From the NCBI GenBank assembly GCA_019695055.1, contig JAIBAT010000063.1:6220-70219 (forward strand): a stretch of DNA of 64,000 nt, written 5' to 3'. Origin of the DNA: Candidatus Sumerlaeaceae bacterium. Its GTDB lineage: Bacteria > Sumerlaeota > Sumerlaeia > Sumerlaeales > Sumerlaeaceae. Below are positions 9,860-18,397 of the stretch, piece after piece (position 1 is the first letter of the stretch; each line of letters starts with the position of its first letter). The notes beneath the pieces are model-generated. The model was not told where the DNA came from, searched no databases, and was given only the letters and a program-made list of their open reading frames with translations. The translations under genes were made by a program, and so were the position numbers.

Positions 9860-10060
9860 TCAGAGGTTTTTCAAAGTGCCTTTGGTTTTGGCGTCAGCGG
9901 CTTCCTTGATCAGAAAGTCCAATTTACCTGCGGCGGAATCGGATGCGATTTGAGCATCCCATTTGTTCCAATCATGTTCGAGGAACCAGCGACGAAATTC
10001 GCTGTAGTCCTGATCCCGCAGATTGCCTACGGCCTTTTCGATTTCACTAAGTGTCGTCAT
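9860..10060 (-). CDS. putative antitoxin / addiction-module component (upstream partner of the RelE/ParE-like gene)
   Basis: MTTLSEIEKAVGNLRDQDYSEFRRWF...; small acidic helical protein 33 nt upstream of the toxin on the same strand. Confidence 0.4.
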   Translation of the reverse strand: MTTLSEIEKAVGNLRDQDYSEFRRWFLEHDWNKWDAQIASDSAAGKLDFLIKEAADAKTKGTLKNL

Positions 10061-10267
10061 GTGGTTTTCTTGCTGTTTTGCAAATACCATGGTAAGCGGC
10101 CAATTCATTCAGGGAAAGGCTGTCGAAAAACCAACCGTGTGAGATCTGGGAACAGCGTTTCCCGTTGCACTTTGCCACCACCTCCAACAATAGTAGTCGT
10201 GACAGCTAAGACACTTTCGAGAGCGATGGCTGCCACAACTATTCTGGAGATCAGCATGTGTTGAGCG

Positions 10268-10759
10268 TTGCTGGGGAGCGGTCTCATGTGGCCTAAAAAG
10301 GGAAGTGGGGCAAACACACAAATGGATTGGGCTCGAATGCCCAGCTCCATGTTGCAGGATTTATTGTATAATCCTGCGCCACGCACAGCATTGCGCCGGC
10401 TTTGCTTTGACATTACACAACCCCTATGGCGTCGGATACTATTTTGCCGAAGGAACAATGAAAGACTCCGAGACCTTCTTTTGAAATACGACTACGAGCC
10501 GTTGGCAACGGTCCGGAGAACAGACCTTAAATTTGCCTTCAACAAAGACTTCCTTCAAGAGTGTCTCGCCCAGAGATCGGAACCCGAACACACTGGTTTA
10601 TTGTTTCTCTTGAATTGGTCTGCGGACAAGGATCTAATCGATTATGCCATGACAATTGCTGGCGACCAGTCAGACCCGGCGCACAGGATTGCCAAACTGA
10701 TACTCGAAGAAGACTGCTGGTGTCCCGGTGGGAAGGCGAGTCGGAGTAAAATCGGCTAA
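10268..10759 (+). CDS. hypothetical protein (low-GC islet; start uncertain)
   Basis: ORF in a region of reduced GC; no recognisable motif. Confidence 0.3.
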   Translation: MLGSGLMWPKKGSGANTQMDWARMPSSMLQDLLYNPAPRTALRRLCFDITQPLWRRILFCRRNNERLRDLLLKYDYEPLATVRRTDLKFAFNKDFLQECLAQRSEPEHTGLLFLLNWSADKDLIDYAMTIAGDQSDPAHRIAKLILEEDCWCPGGKASRSKIG

Positions 10760-11066
10760 GTACTGAGTTTCGAAACCATCTTCATGCAAAGGTCCCTTTT
10801 GCCTTTGTCACAATTGCCAATTGGCCTTCTCGGATTAAGAAGCCATCTGGGAAGCCATGATTCCTGCAAACGGTGCCAGGTCGGTTCGCGGTTCTCAGCG
10901 TAAGGGTCGACAGTCCCAATTCTGGGACGCTCAAATTCGAGGATGCTTCACCTTTTCCCCAATTAACTTTTGGCGCCCACCTGCCAACACCACCCATCGC
11001 CCCGTTCCCTCGGTTTCCTTCGAGCCTTCGTGTCAGGACTTTGCCTTTCCCCCTCTGTGCCAATCT

Positions 11067-11123
11067 GCGAAATCTGTGGAGACGCTTCCTTAACTCAAAA
11101 TTGAGAATTGAGAATTTGAGATT
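11067..11123. repeat. dispersed repeat copy A (GAAATCTGTGGA...CAAAATTGAGAATTGAGAATTTGAGATT)
   Basis: About 75-80% identical over about 55 bp to 16129-16190; contains TTGAGAA heptad tandem. Confidence 0.4.
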
Positions 11124-11655
11124 ATGGGTCTACAAGGGGTTGCAAGGGGTCGTGGGGGAATAGGCAAACCCGTTCCCCCGTGCTACACCCATCCTCAGTT
11201 AAATTGCCCGATCTCCATTCCCGTCACCATCGCACGAATTACAAAGGAATGGGGATACAGCCCCCGCACCGGGCATTGTTCTTTGACATGACCAACAGGC
11301 CAGAAGGCCAACCCGATTCTCATTCGCCCAGCCGGCGTGTTTCGTGGGCAAGAAAGTGCACTTTCACGCACATTTGGACCGATTTTAGTACGCACAATTT
11401 GGCAATTCAAATCGGTTTAAGTGCGCTCTTAAATCATAAGAAACATTGATAATAAAGGACTTGTGCAAAAAGTGCATACCCCCCCTCCCCCTCCCCCCCG
11501 TTCGTAGTTAAGGGTTTCAGGCGGTCTCTCCCAAATCGCGTCGCACTTTCAACAGTTGCAACCTTACTCCGCCGTTCTTCCTCGGCACCCCAGCGCTCCC
11601 CGCCCCGAGTTTCCCGTTGCACACTCCAGCCCCGGTAGATTGGACTCAGCACTCC

Positions 11656-13623
11656 ATGGACGCCTTCCCCATCCGTCCTATCCGCAGGGCGATTGGCTGC
11701 ATGCTTCTTGCAATCGCCGGCCTGATGGCGCCATGCAACGGCGCTCCCGTTCCAATCCTCGCCAAAGTCGTCAACCTGGGAGACGGGGAACTCAAACTCA
11801 GTCCAGCTTGGCCGGAGTTTACCTCCACCACCCTTTCAAATGAACGCGAGCTGCTGGTGGAACTCCTCAAGCAAAGCGGAGTTTCCATTTCCGTTGATGC
11901 CCCCACCATTCACCTGGAAATCGGCAAAGTCGATGTAGCTGTCCGGCAATCTCGTTTCACTCCCCAGCTCCAGGCCGACGCCTACCGGCTCACGGTCACC
12001 ACCAACGCCGTCACCATTCGCGGCGGTTCCCCCGCCGGGGTCTTCTATGGCATCCAGACCCTCGTCCGTTCCCTTTCCAGCAATGGCACTCTCCCGGTCA
12101 TGGAGATCACCGACTGGCCCGATCTTCCCACGCGAATGATCATGGTGGACCCGGCCCGCCAGAACGAGAACTTCGATTACTACCGCCGCGTCATCGAGTG
12201 GGCCAGCCGCTACGGCATCAACGCGATTCTCGTTCACCTGACAGACGACCAGACCGCCTGCCTTCACCAGCCTGACTACCCCGAGCTGATGCATCCCCAC
12301 GCCTGGCGCCCCGATGAAATCCGGGCCTTGGTTGCCTTCGCCAGGAAACGCCATGTCGAGCTGATTCCCGAGATAGAGTCCTTTGGCCATTCCCGCATGT
12401 TTACCCGGCGCGACGACTTCCGCGAGATTCTCCACCAGAACCGCCTCACCACTGGCTCAGGCACCTGGTACGGCACCAGCATCCCTGGCTTCACCAACGT
12501 GCTTTGTCCCGCCAGCGAAAAGGCCTACGACTACCTCGACCGGATGTATGGTGCCGCCGCGGAAACTTTCACCAATCCGGTGCTCCACCTTGGATGTGAC
12601 GAGGTTGACATGACAAGTTGCGCCCGGTGTGAGGCAAAGTTCCCCGGCATTTCCCCCTCGGATTGGTTTCGCCAGCACCTGCTCCGGTGCCGCGAAATCG
12701 CCATCAAGCACGGGCGCATCGCAGCGTTCTGGGGCGACATGCTTATTGCCCATCCTGAGATACTTGATGGCCTTCCCACCTCGGGCACAATAATCTATGA
12801 CTGGCATTACCATCCCGAGGTCACCTCCGAGTCCGCCGCCATGTTTCGCCGCCGCGGCTTCGAGGTCGTCGCCTGCCCCGCCCTCGTCTGCTCGCCTCAC
12901 ATCGTGATCCCCGACGCTCACAACTACGAGAACATCCGCCGCTCCGCCGCGATCGCGCGCGAACTCGATCTCGCCGGTCTCAACACCACCATCTGGATTC
13001 CACCGCGCTATATGTCGGATGTACTCTGGCCGGGAATCGCCTACGCCGGCGCCCAGGCATGGGGTGGCTCCAACCTCGACGAATCCCGCTTCGCCCAATC
13101 CGTCGCGCGCGACCTCTTCGGCCTCGAAGGCACCAATTCCTTCGACACCGCATGGATTGCCTTGGCGGAAGCTGCGCCACACATGGATGTGTTCAACCTG
13201 TGCGCCTGGAGCGATGCCGCGACCTTGGCCAAGGCGCAACAGGCTGCCCCTGAAAAGCGCGCAGAGATTGCCCAGAAGCAGGAGAAACTCCGATTAGCCA
13301 GAAAAGAACTGATAAACTGCGCACCTCGCGTCACCCGTAACGACGATGCTTGGCACGCTGTGGTCCAATCTGCGGACATCCTCGACTACCTCTACGCCCG
13401 CTTCGATGCTGCCAACGATCCCACCCTCACCGCCACCGCCAAACTCCGCCGCCTCGAAATGCGCTGCGTAGAAATCATCGGCTGGATCGAAGCCGACTGG
13501 CGCCGCAACCGCTACGATGGGGATCCCAACATGGACGGGCTGTATCTCCCAGACCAACACCTTCTCCACCGATTCAAGAAGATGCAGGCCTATCACCGCA
13601 GCATTGGAGTGGCCTCTCCATGA
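11656..13623 (+). CDS. glycoside hydrolase family 20-like (beta-N-acetylhexosaminidase-like), secreted
   Basis: Signal-like MDAFPIRPIRRAIGCMLLAIAGLMA; HVELIPEIESFGHS and HLGCDEV resemble GH20 catalytic blocks (IPEID.PGH / HxGGDE). Confidence 0.55.
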   Translation: MDAFPIRPIRRAIGCMLLAIAGLMAPCNGAPVPILAKVVNLGDGELKLSPAWPEFTSTTLSNERELLVELLKQSGVSISVDAPTIHLEIGKVDVAVRQSRFTPQLQADAYRLTVTTNAVTIRGGSPAGVFYGIQTLVRSLSSNGTLPVMEITDWPDLPTRMIMVDPARQNENFDYYRRVIEWASRYGINAILVHLTDDQTACLHQPDYPELMHPHAWRPDEIRALVAFARKRHVELIPEIESFGHSRMFTRRDDFREILHQNRLTTGSGTWYGTSIPGFTNVLCPASEKAYDYLDRMYGAAAETFTNPVLHLGCDEVDMTSCARCEAKFPGISPSDWFRQHLLRCREIAIKHGRIAAFWGDMLIAHPEILDGLPTSGTIIYDWHYHPEVTSESAAMFRRRGFEVVACPALVCSPHIVIPDAHNYENIRRSAAIARELDLAGLNTTIWIPPRYMSDVLWPGIAYAGAQAWGGSNLDESRFAQSVARDLFGLEGTNSFDTAWIALAEAAPHMDVFNLCAWSDAATLAKAQQAAPEKRAEIAQKQEKLRLARKELINCAPRVTRNDDAWHAVVQSADILDYLYARFDAANDPTLTATAKLRRLEMRCVEIIGWIEADWRRNRYDGDPNMDGLYLPDQHLLHRFKKMQAYHRSIGVASP

Positions 13624-14600
13624 CAGAGAAGCCGGGCATCGAGCCTGAACCGGATTCAGCTGCGCCTAGGCAAGCGCTGGCACCGGAGGACGACCTTGCA
13701 GGTGCGTTAACTCCGGACGCGCCCAACCGCAAATACAAACAGTTTACAACCATGGTGGGAGCCTTTGTTGGAGCCTTCATGGTGCTTCTTGCATTGGTAG
13801 TGGACGTATCGTGGCCCATCCCCGGCCGGGATTTGTTCGACTCTCCGAGTTTGCACCACCTTTACTTTATCGTGAATTTGCCGGGTTACTGGCTGACCGA
13901 TCAGCTTCTCGGTGTGCGATATGGCCTCAGTGATTTGCGGATTTGGTTCACCGTACATCTCATCGGCATATTTATCCAATGGTTGCTTGTCGGGCTGGTT
14001 GTTGGCTTGGCTGTTGATTGCGCAGGAGACACGATCCGCTGGATTCGTACTCATTGGGACTACCGGCTGGTTTTTCGTTCAGTGCTATTGGCGGTAGTTG
14101 CTTTAATTATCATTGGCGCCCTGAACCCCCTGGATTTGGGGTCGAGACGAGGTACGGTAGCAAGAGTTCGGTCAGATATGCGGTCCTTCGCCACTGGATT
14201 GGAATCTTATTATGCGGACAACAATCGCTTTCCCCCTTTAGCACCTCTGACTTTTGGGGCGTCTTCACTCGCAGCAGGGTTCATCGAGAGAATGGGGGGC
14301 GCCAACTTGTCTGCCCCACATGCCGGCTCAACGCAGCTTGGCGGACTAACCACTCCAATCAGTTACCTGAATTCTTTGTTCTCGGATCCCTTTGTATTCG
14401 AGAACATTCCCTTTGCCTATTACGCCGACAGCGGGGGCTGGATAGTTTTTAGTCCGGGTCCCGACGGGTTTTACGATATAGTGCCCAATAGGGACTACGT
14501 CTCCAGTAATTCGCAGTCCCTTGATACTCTGCTCAGTAAGTCCTTCGATCCCACGAATGGCACTGTAAGCGGTGGAGATATCTGGCGCGTCAGGCAATAG
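13620..14600 (+). CDS. membrane-anchored pseudopilin-core paralog (polytopic N-terminus + GspG-like C-terminal domain)
   Basis: ATGA overlap with the upstream stop; C-terminus has RVRSDMRSFATGLESYYADNNRFPP...TTPISYLNSL...GGWIVFSPGPDG...FDPTNGTVSGGDIWR, paralogous to the 42657 and 43563 genes; N-terminus has several hydrophobic helices and no prepilin leader. Confidence 0.55.
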   Translation: MTEKPGIEPEPDSAAPRQALAPEDDLAGALTPDAPNRKYKQFTTMVGAFVGAFMVLLALVVDVSWPIPGRDLFDSPSLHHLYFIVNLPGYWLTDQLLGVRYGLSDLRIWFTVHLIGIFIQWLLVGLVVGLAVDCAGDTIRWIRTHWDYRLVFRSVLLAVVALIIIGALNPLDLGSRRGTVARVRSDMRSFATGLESYYADNNRFPPLAPLTFGASSLAAGFIERMGGANLSAPHAGSTQLGGLTTPISYLNSLFSDPFVFENIPFAYYADSGGWIVFSPGPDGFYDIVPNRDYVSSNSQSLDTLLSKSFDPTNGTVSGGDIWRVRQ

Positions 14601-14653
14601 AACAACCGTGAATGGTGCGCGCCTCTGCCTTCAATTCAGAATTCAGTATTGCC

Positions 14654-16027
14654 TCAGTACTTATAAACGCTGCCGCCGATATACTCGCGCATGAGGCTGT
14701 TGCGCGGGATGGCCTCCTCGTCGCGGATGGGCTCGACGGGCTCGAGGAGGTCATGGACCCGCTTGGCGCGGATGTAGGCGTCCAGCCGCGCGGGGGTGTC
14801 GTCATAAGCCGCGATGATGGACTCCATGTGTGGGAACAGGTATTTCTTGTGCACAATCAGTTCGTAGGGCAGCGAGCCATTGATGATGTGGTCGGCCTGG
14901 CCGATGAAGGGCACGATGTACTTCATCTCGCTGCGCCGAACATAGTGCCAGTGCCCCACGGTTTGGTCCGGCTGGTAGTGGCGGTGCCAGCTATCGCGTA
15001 CCATGCGGCGCAGCATGCGCAGGTCAGCCCAGCGCACGAACTCGCCGCGGGCGTCGCGGATCTGGCACAGGGCCTCGATGTAGATCTTGAATTTGAAATC
15101 ATTCGGCACGCTGGACGTCATTGGCTTGTAAAGGCCATGCAGGCTGTCCAGCAGCAGCACCTGGTTTGGCTTGAGTGAGAACGGCACCGTCTTCTCCTGC
15201 CGCAGCCCCGTCTTGAAGTCATAGATCGGTGTCTGGATCTCCTTCCCCTTCAGCAGGTCCGCCAGGTGCTGATTGATGAGCGCGAGGTCCAGCGCCTCGG
15301 GGCGCTCGAAGTCATAATCGCCAAACGCATCCTGCGGGTGCGTCTCAAGGTTGTGGAAATAGTTGTCCAGGTTCAGCGCCACGACCTCGATGCCCTTTTC
15401 CGCGAGGCGCTCGCTCATCTTGATCGTTGTCGTCGTCTTTCCGGAACTGGAGGGCCCCGCGATAATGATGATGCGAAGGTCGTTACGGCGCTTCAGCACA
15501 CGATCTGCCATGCGGTCGATTTCGGCGTGGTAGTTGGCTTCCGCCTCCTGGATCAGCCCGCCAATGCGCCCATCCCGCACCTGCTCATTCAGGCGCTCGA
15601 TGCTGTCGCACTCGTGGGCCACGTTCCAGGTAAACACCTGCCAAAGGGTTTTGTAGGGGATGGTGTCGTTGACGACGATCTGCTCGTCCTTTTCCTCGCG
15701 CTGGCGGGCGTGCTCGGTGCGATATTCGCGGTAGGCCGTGGCCACGTTCTTGTGCCCCTCGGCGTCCAGGGTCCGTACCACCATGTCCTGGATGTTCTCG
15801 ACGGTGGGGTAATCGCCGTTGCTGTAGGCCTCGGAAAGTCGCTGCACCACAATGTCCGACAACCGCTCCGCCAGGCTGCGGTCTTCCAGCTTCTGGCTGA
15901 GTTGCGCCTTGTAGATGGCGTGGGTGATGCGCTCCTGGTCGAATACGACCTGCACGCCGCTGCGCTTGACGATATACTCGGGGTGGCTGGTGACGCCCAT
16001 GGCCCCCTCCTTCGCAAAGTCTGGCAC
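14654..16027 (-). CDS. ATP-cone domain protein fused to a PRK/uridine-kinase-like P-loop nucleoside kinase domain
   Basis: N-terminal IVKRSGVQVVFDQERI (ATP-cone-like); P-loop IIIIAGPSSSGKTTTT...LNLDNYF typical of the uridine kinase/phosphoribulokinase family. Confidence 0.55.
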   Translation of the reverse strand: MPDFAKEGAMGVTSHPEYIVKRSGVQVVFDQERITHAIYKAQLSQKLEDRSLAERLSDIVVQRLSEAYSNGDYPTVENIQDMVVRTLDAEGHKNVATAYREYRTEHARQREEKDEQIVVNDTIPYKTLWQVFTWNVAHECDSIERLNEQVRDGRIGGLIQEAEANYHAEIDRMADRVLKRRNDLRIIIIAGPSSSGKTTTTIKMSERLAEKGIEVVALNLDNYFHNLETHPQDAFGDYDFERPEALDLALINQHLADLLKGKEIQTPIYDFKTGLRQEKTVPFSLKPNQVLLLDSLHGLYKPMTSSVPNDFKFKIYIEALCQIRDARGEFVRWADLRMLRRMVRDSWHRHYQPDQTVGHWHYVRRSEMKYIVPFIGQADHIINGSLPYELIVHKKYLFPHMESIIAAYDDTPARLDAYIRAKRVHDLLEPVEPIRDEEAIPRNSLMREYIGGSVYKY

Positions 16028-16128
16028 AATTGAAAAACGGCGATTTGCTCAAGCCACGATGCGGGTGTCAAGGCCCGCAACACGATCCCGGCGCAACCCA
16101 TAACTCAGAGCTGCTGCTCCGCGCTCTT

Positions 16129-16190
16129 TGTGAAATCTGTGAATGGCTTCTTCTTTCAATTGAGAATTGAGAATTTGGAACTGAGAATTG
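16129..16190. repeat. dispersed repeat copy B, directly upstream of the dcd start codon
   Basis: GTGAAATCTGTGAATGG...CAATTGAGAATTGAGAATTTGGAACTGAGAATTG; 19/20 match with copy A in the heptad core. Confidence 0.4.
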
Positions 16191-16196
16191 TTTTCC

Positions 16197-16730
16197 ATGA
16201 TTCTCTCGGGACTCGAAATTAAGAAGCGACTCGGCGGCGACATCGACATCCAGCCCTTCGACGAGAAACTGTTGAACCCAAACAGCTACAACCTGCGGCT
16301 CCACGACGAGCTTCTCGTCTATGAGAACCACGAACTCGATATGCGCCGCGAGAACCGAGCCGTCTCACTCAAGATTCCCGCGGAGGGGCTGCTTCTTGAA
16401 CCGGGGCGGCTTTACCTCGGTCGCACTCTCGAGTTCACGCGCACGGACAACCTCGTGCCAATGCTGGAGGGGCGATCCAGCGTTGGGCGGCTTGGCCTGT
16501 TCGTCCACATCACTGCAGGCTTCGGAGATGTAGGCTTCCGCGGCTACTGGACCCTCGAGATGCTCTGCGTCCAGCCGGTCCGTGTGTATGCCGGCGTCCA
16601 AATCTGCCAGATTTTCTACCACACAGTGGAGGGCGATTTCGTCCCCTACAAGAGCGGCAAGTACCAGAACAACTCGGGCATCCAGCCCAGCATGATGTTC
16701 CGGGATTTTGAAAAGAGTGATAATTCCTGA
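16197..16730 (+). CDS. dcd: dCTP deaminase
   Basis: MILSGLEIKKRL...NPNSYNLRL...GRSSVGRLGLFVHITAGFGDVGFRGYWTLEM matches the Dcd signature. Confidence 0.85.
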   Translation: MILSGLEIKKRLGGDIDIQPFDEKLLNPNSYNLRLHDELLVYENHELDMRRENRAVSLKIPAEGLLLEPGRLYLGRTLEFTRTDNLVPMLEGRSSVGRLGLFVHITAGFGDVGFRGYWTLEMLCVQPVRVYAGVQICQIFYHTVEGDFVPYKSGKYQNNSGIQPSMMFRDFEKSDNS

Positions 16731-16753
16731 CTCTGACGCGTAGTTGATTCCTG

Positions 16754-18223
16754 ATGCTGATTGATACCCATGCCCACCTTCACGGCGAGGAGTTTGACAC
16801 CGACCGCGCGGAGGTGCTTGCCCGGGCCCGCGAGGCGGGGGTCGAGCATATCGTTCTCATCGGCGTGGATGTGGACGACAGCCTCAAGGCCGCTGGAATG
16901 GCCAACGCCGATCCGCTTTTCTACGTGGCGGCCGGCGTTCATCCGCACGAGGCGGCCAAATGGAACGACGCGGAGGCCGCGCGCCTTCGCGACATCGTTC
17001 AGCGCGAACCCCGCATCGTGGCGGTGGGGGAGATCGGTTTGGATTACCACTACGATTTCGCCCCGCGCGAGAAGCAGCGGGAAGCGTTCCTGGCCCAGCT
17101 CGAAATTGCCAGGGAAGCTCGCAAGCCTGTGGTCATTCACTGCCGCGAGGCATATGACGATGTGCTGGCCATTCTGCGCGATTTTCATGGTGACCCACTG
17201 CCCCATGTGACGCCCGCCGTGCCCGGAAGTCTGGACGAACCACCGCCTACCTGCCCCACGCCTGGCTGCCCCCATCACCTTTCCGCAGGCATCATGCATT
17301 GCTACTTTGGCAGCGTGGAGCAGGCGGCCGCCTTCACGCATCTTGGATATGCCCTCGGCATTGGCGGGTCCTCCACTTTTAAGAAGGCCGAGGAGTTGCA
17401 TGAGGTCATCCGCCAGACTCCCATCGAGCATCTCGTGCTGGAGACCGACGCGCCCTACATGGCGCCCGTTTCCTTTCGCGGTAAACGCAATGAATCGGCC
17501 CATTTGCCCCTCATTGCCGCGCGCATCGCCGAGCTGAAGGGGATGACCGTGGATGACGTTGTCCGCGTGACCCGCCACAATGCGCTGGCCATGTTCCAAC
17601 TCCATGACGACGAGCCGCCCGCCATCGCCTATGTCATTCGGAACAGCCTTTACATCAACCTTACCAATCGCTGCTCGGCGCTTTGCGTGTTCTGCGACCG
17701 ATTGGGGGACGCATCGGTAAAGGGGCATAACCTGCGCATGCACAAGGAGCCGGAAGCGGCCGAGGTGATCGCAGCCATCGAGGCCCAGGGCGGCGCGGCG
17801 AAGTTCGATGAGGTTGTGTTCTGCGGTTACGGCGAGCCAACCCTGCGGTTGCCGGTCCTTCTGGAGGTCGCCCGGTGGCTGAAAGGCCCCGGCGGCGCCC
17901 GCCGCGTTCGCCTGAACACGAACGGCCACAGCGATCTCATCAACCAGCACGCGACCCTCCCCGAAATGGAGGGCCTGATTGATGCCGCCAGTATCAGCCT
18001 CAATGCTCCCGATGAGGCGACCTACAACTGGATTGTGCGACCTTTTGACCGCAAACGGGCCTTTGGGGCTGTGGTTGACTTCATCCGGGCGGCCCCCCGG
18101 CACATCCCCGACGTTACGGCCACCGCCGTGGGCATCCCGGGGCTCGACGTTCCAGCCACGGAGGCCCTCGCCCGCGAATTGGGGGTCAGCTTCCGCCTCC
18201 GCATTTTTAATGACGTGGGCTAA
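16754..18223 (+). CDS. TatD-family hydrolase fused to a TatD-associated radical SAM domain
   Basis: N-terminal MLIDTHAHLHGEEFDTDR...(TatD); C-terminal INLTNRCSALCVFCDR (CxxxCxxC) ...VVFCGYGEPTL; single uninterrupted 489-aa ORF. Confidence 0.65.
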   Translation: MLIDTHAHLHGEEFDTDRAEVLARAREAGVEHIVLIGVDVDDSLKAAGMANADPLFYVAAGVHPHEAAKWNDAEAARLRDIVQREPRIVAVGEIGLDYHYDFAPREKQREAFLAQLEIAREARKPVVIHCREAYDDVLAILRDFHGDPLPHVTPAVPGSLDEPPPTCPTPGCPHHLSAGIMHCYFGSVEQAAAFTHLGYALGIGGSSTFKKAEELHEVIRQTPIEHLVLETDAPYMAPVSFRGKRNESAHLPLIAARIAELKGMTVDDVVRVTRHNALAMFQLHDDEPPAIAYVIRNSLYINLTNRCSALCVFCDRLGDASVKGHNLRMHKEPEAAEVIAAIEAQGGAAKFDEVVFCGYGEPTLRLPVLLEVARWLKGPGGARRVRLNTNGHSDLINQHATLPEMEGLIDAASISLNAPDEATYNWIVRPFDRKRAFGAVVDFIRAAPRHIPDVTATAVGIPGLDVPATEALARELGVSFRLRIFNDVG

Positions 18224-18397
18224 ACCGGGTAAAAAACGCTTGAATGGCCCTTATGGATGGTGCTGTTCTCGACTCCGGCAGTCAGCGCCGGGGTCTGCAC
18301 AAGCAGAAATAGCCCGGTGGGTTTATGTTTTCCTGACCGTTGGTGGGGTACGCCAACTGCCATGCATTCCTAATATGAAGTTTGGAGGACGGGTTTG

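Noticed and set aside
11124-11165. 13-codon ORF (MGLQGVARGRGGIG) immediately after repeat copy A
   Set aside because: It is too short and Gly-rich to call as a gene. It is noted only because repeat copy B is followed by the real dcd start.
10759-11616. 860-bp intergenic region screened for tmRNA, RNase P RNA, SRP RNA or further tRNAs
   Set aside because: By eye I found none of the hallmarks: no tRNA-like acceptor/T-arm (GTTCGA/GTTCAA context), no GGAAAGTCC-type P RNA motif, no SRP domain IV consensus. A covariance-model scan would be needed to be sure.
16646-18103. 485-aa minus-strand ORF antisense to the TatD-radical SAM gene
   Set aside because: It is antisense to a well-supported gene. 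It has no motifs and a Gly/Ala/Arg-rich composition typical of high-GC shadow ORFs.
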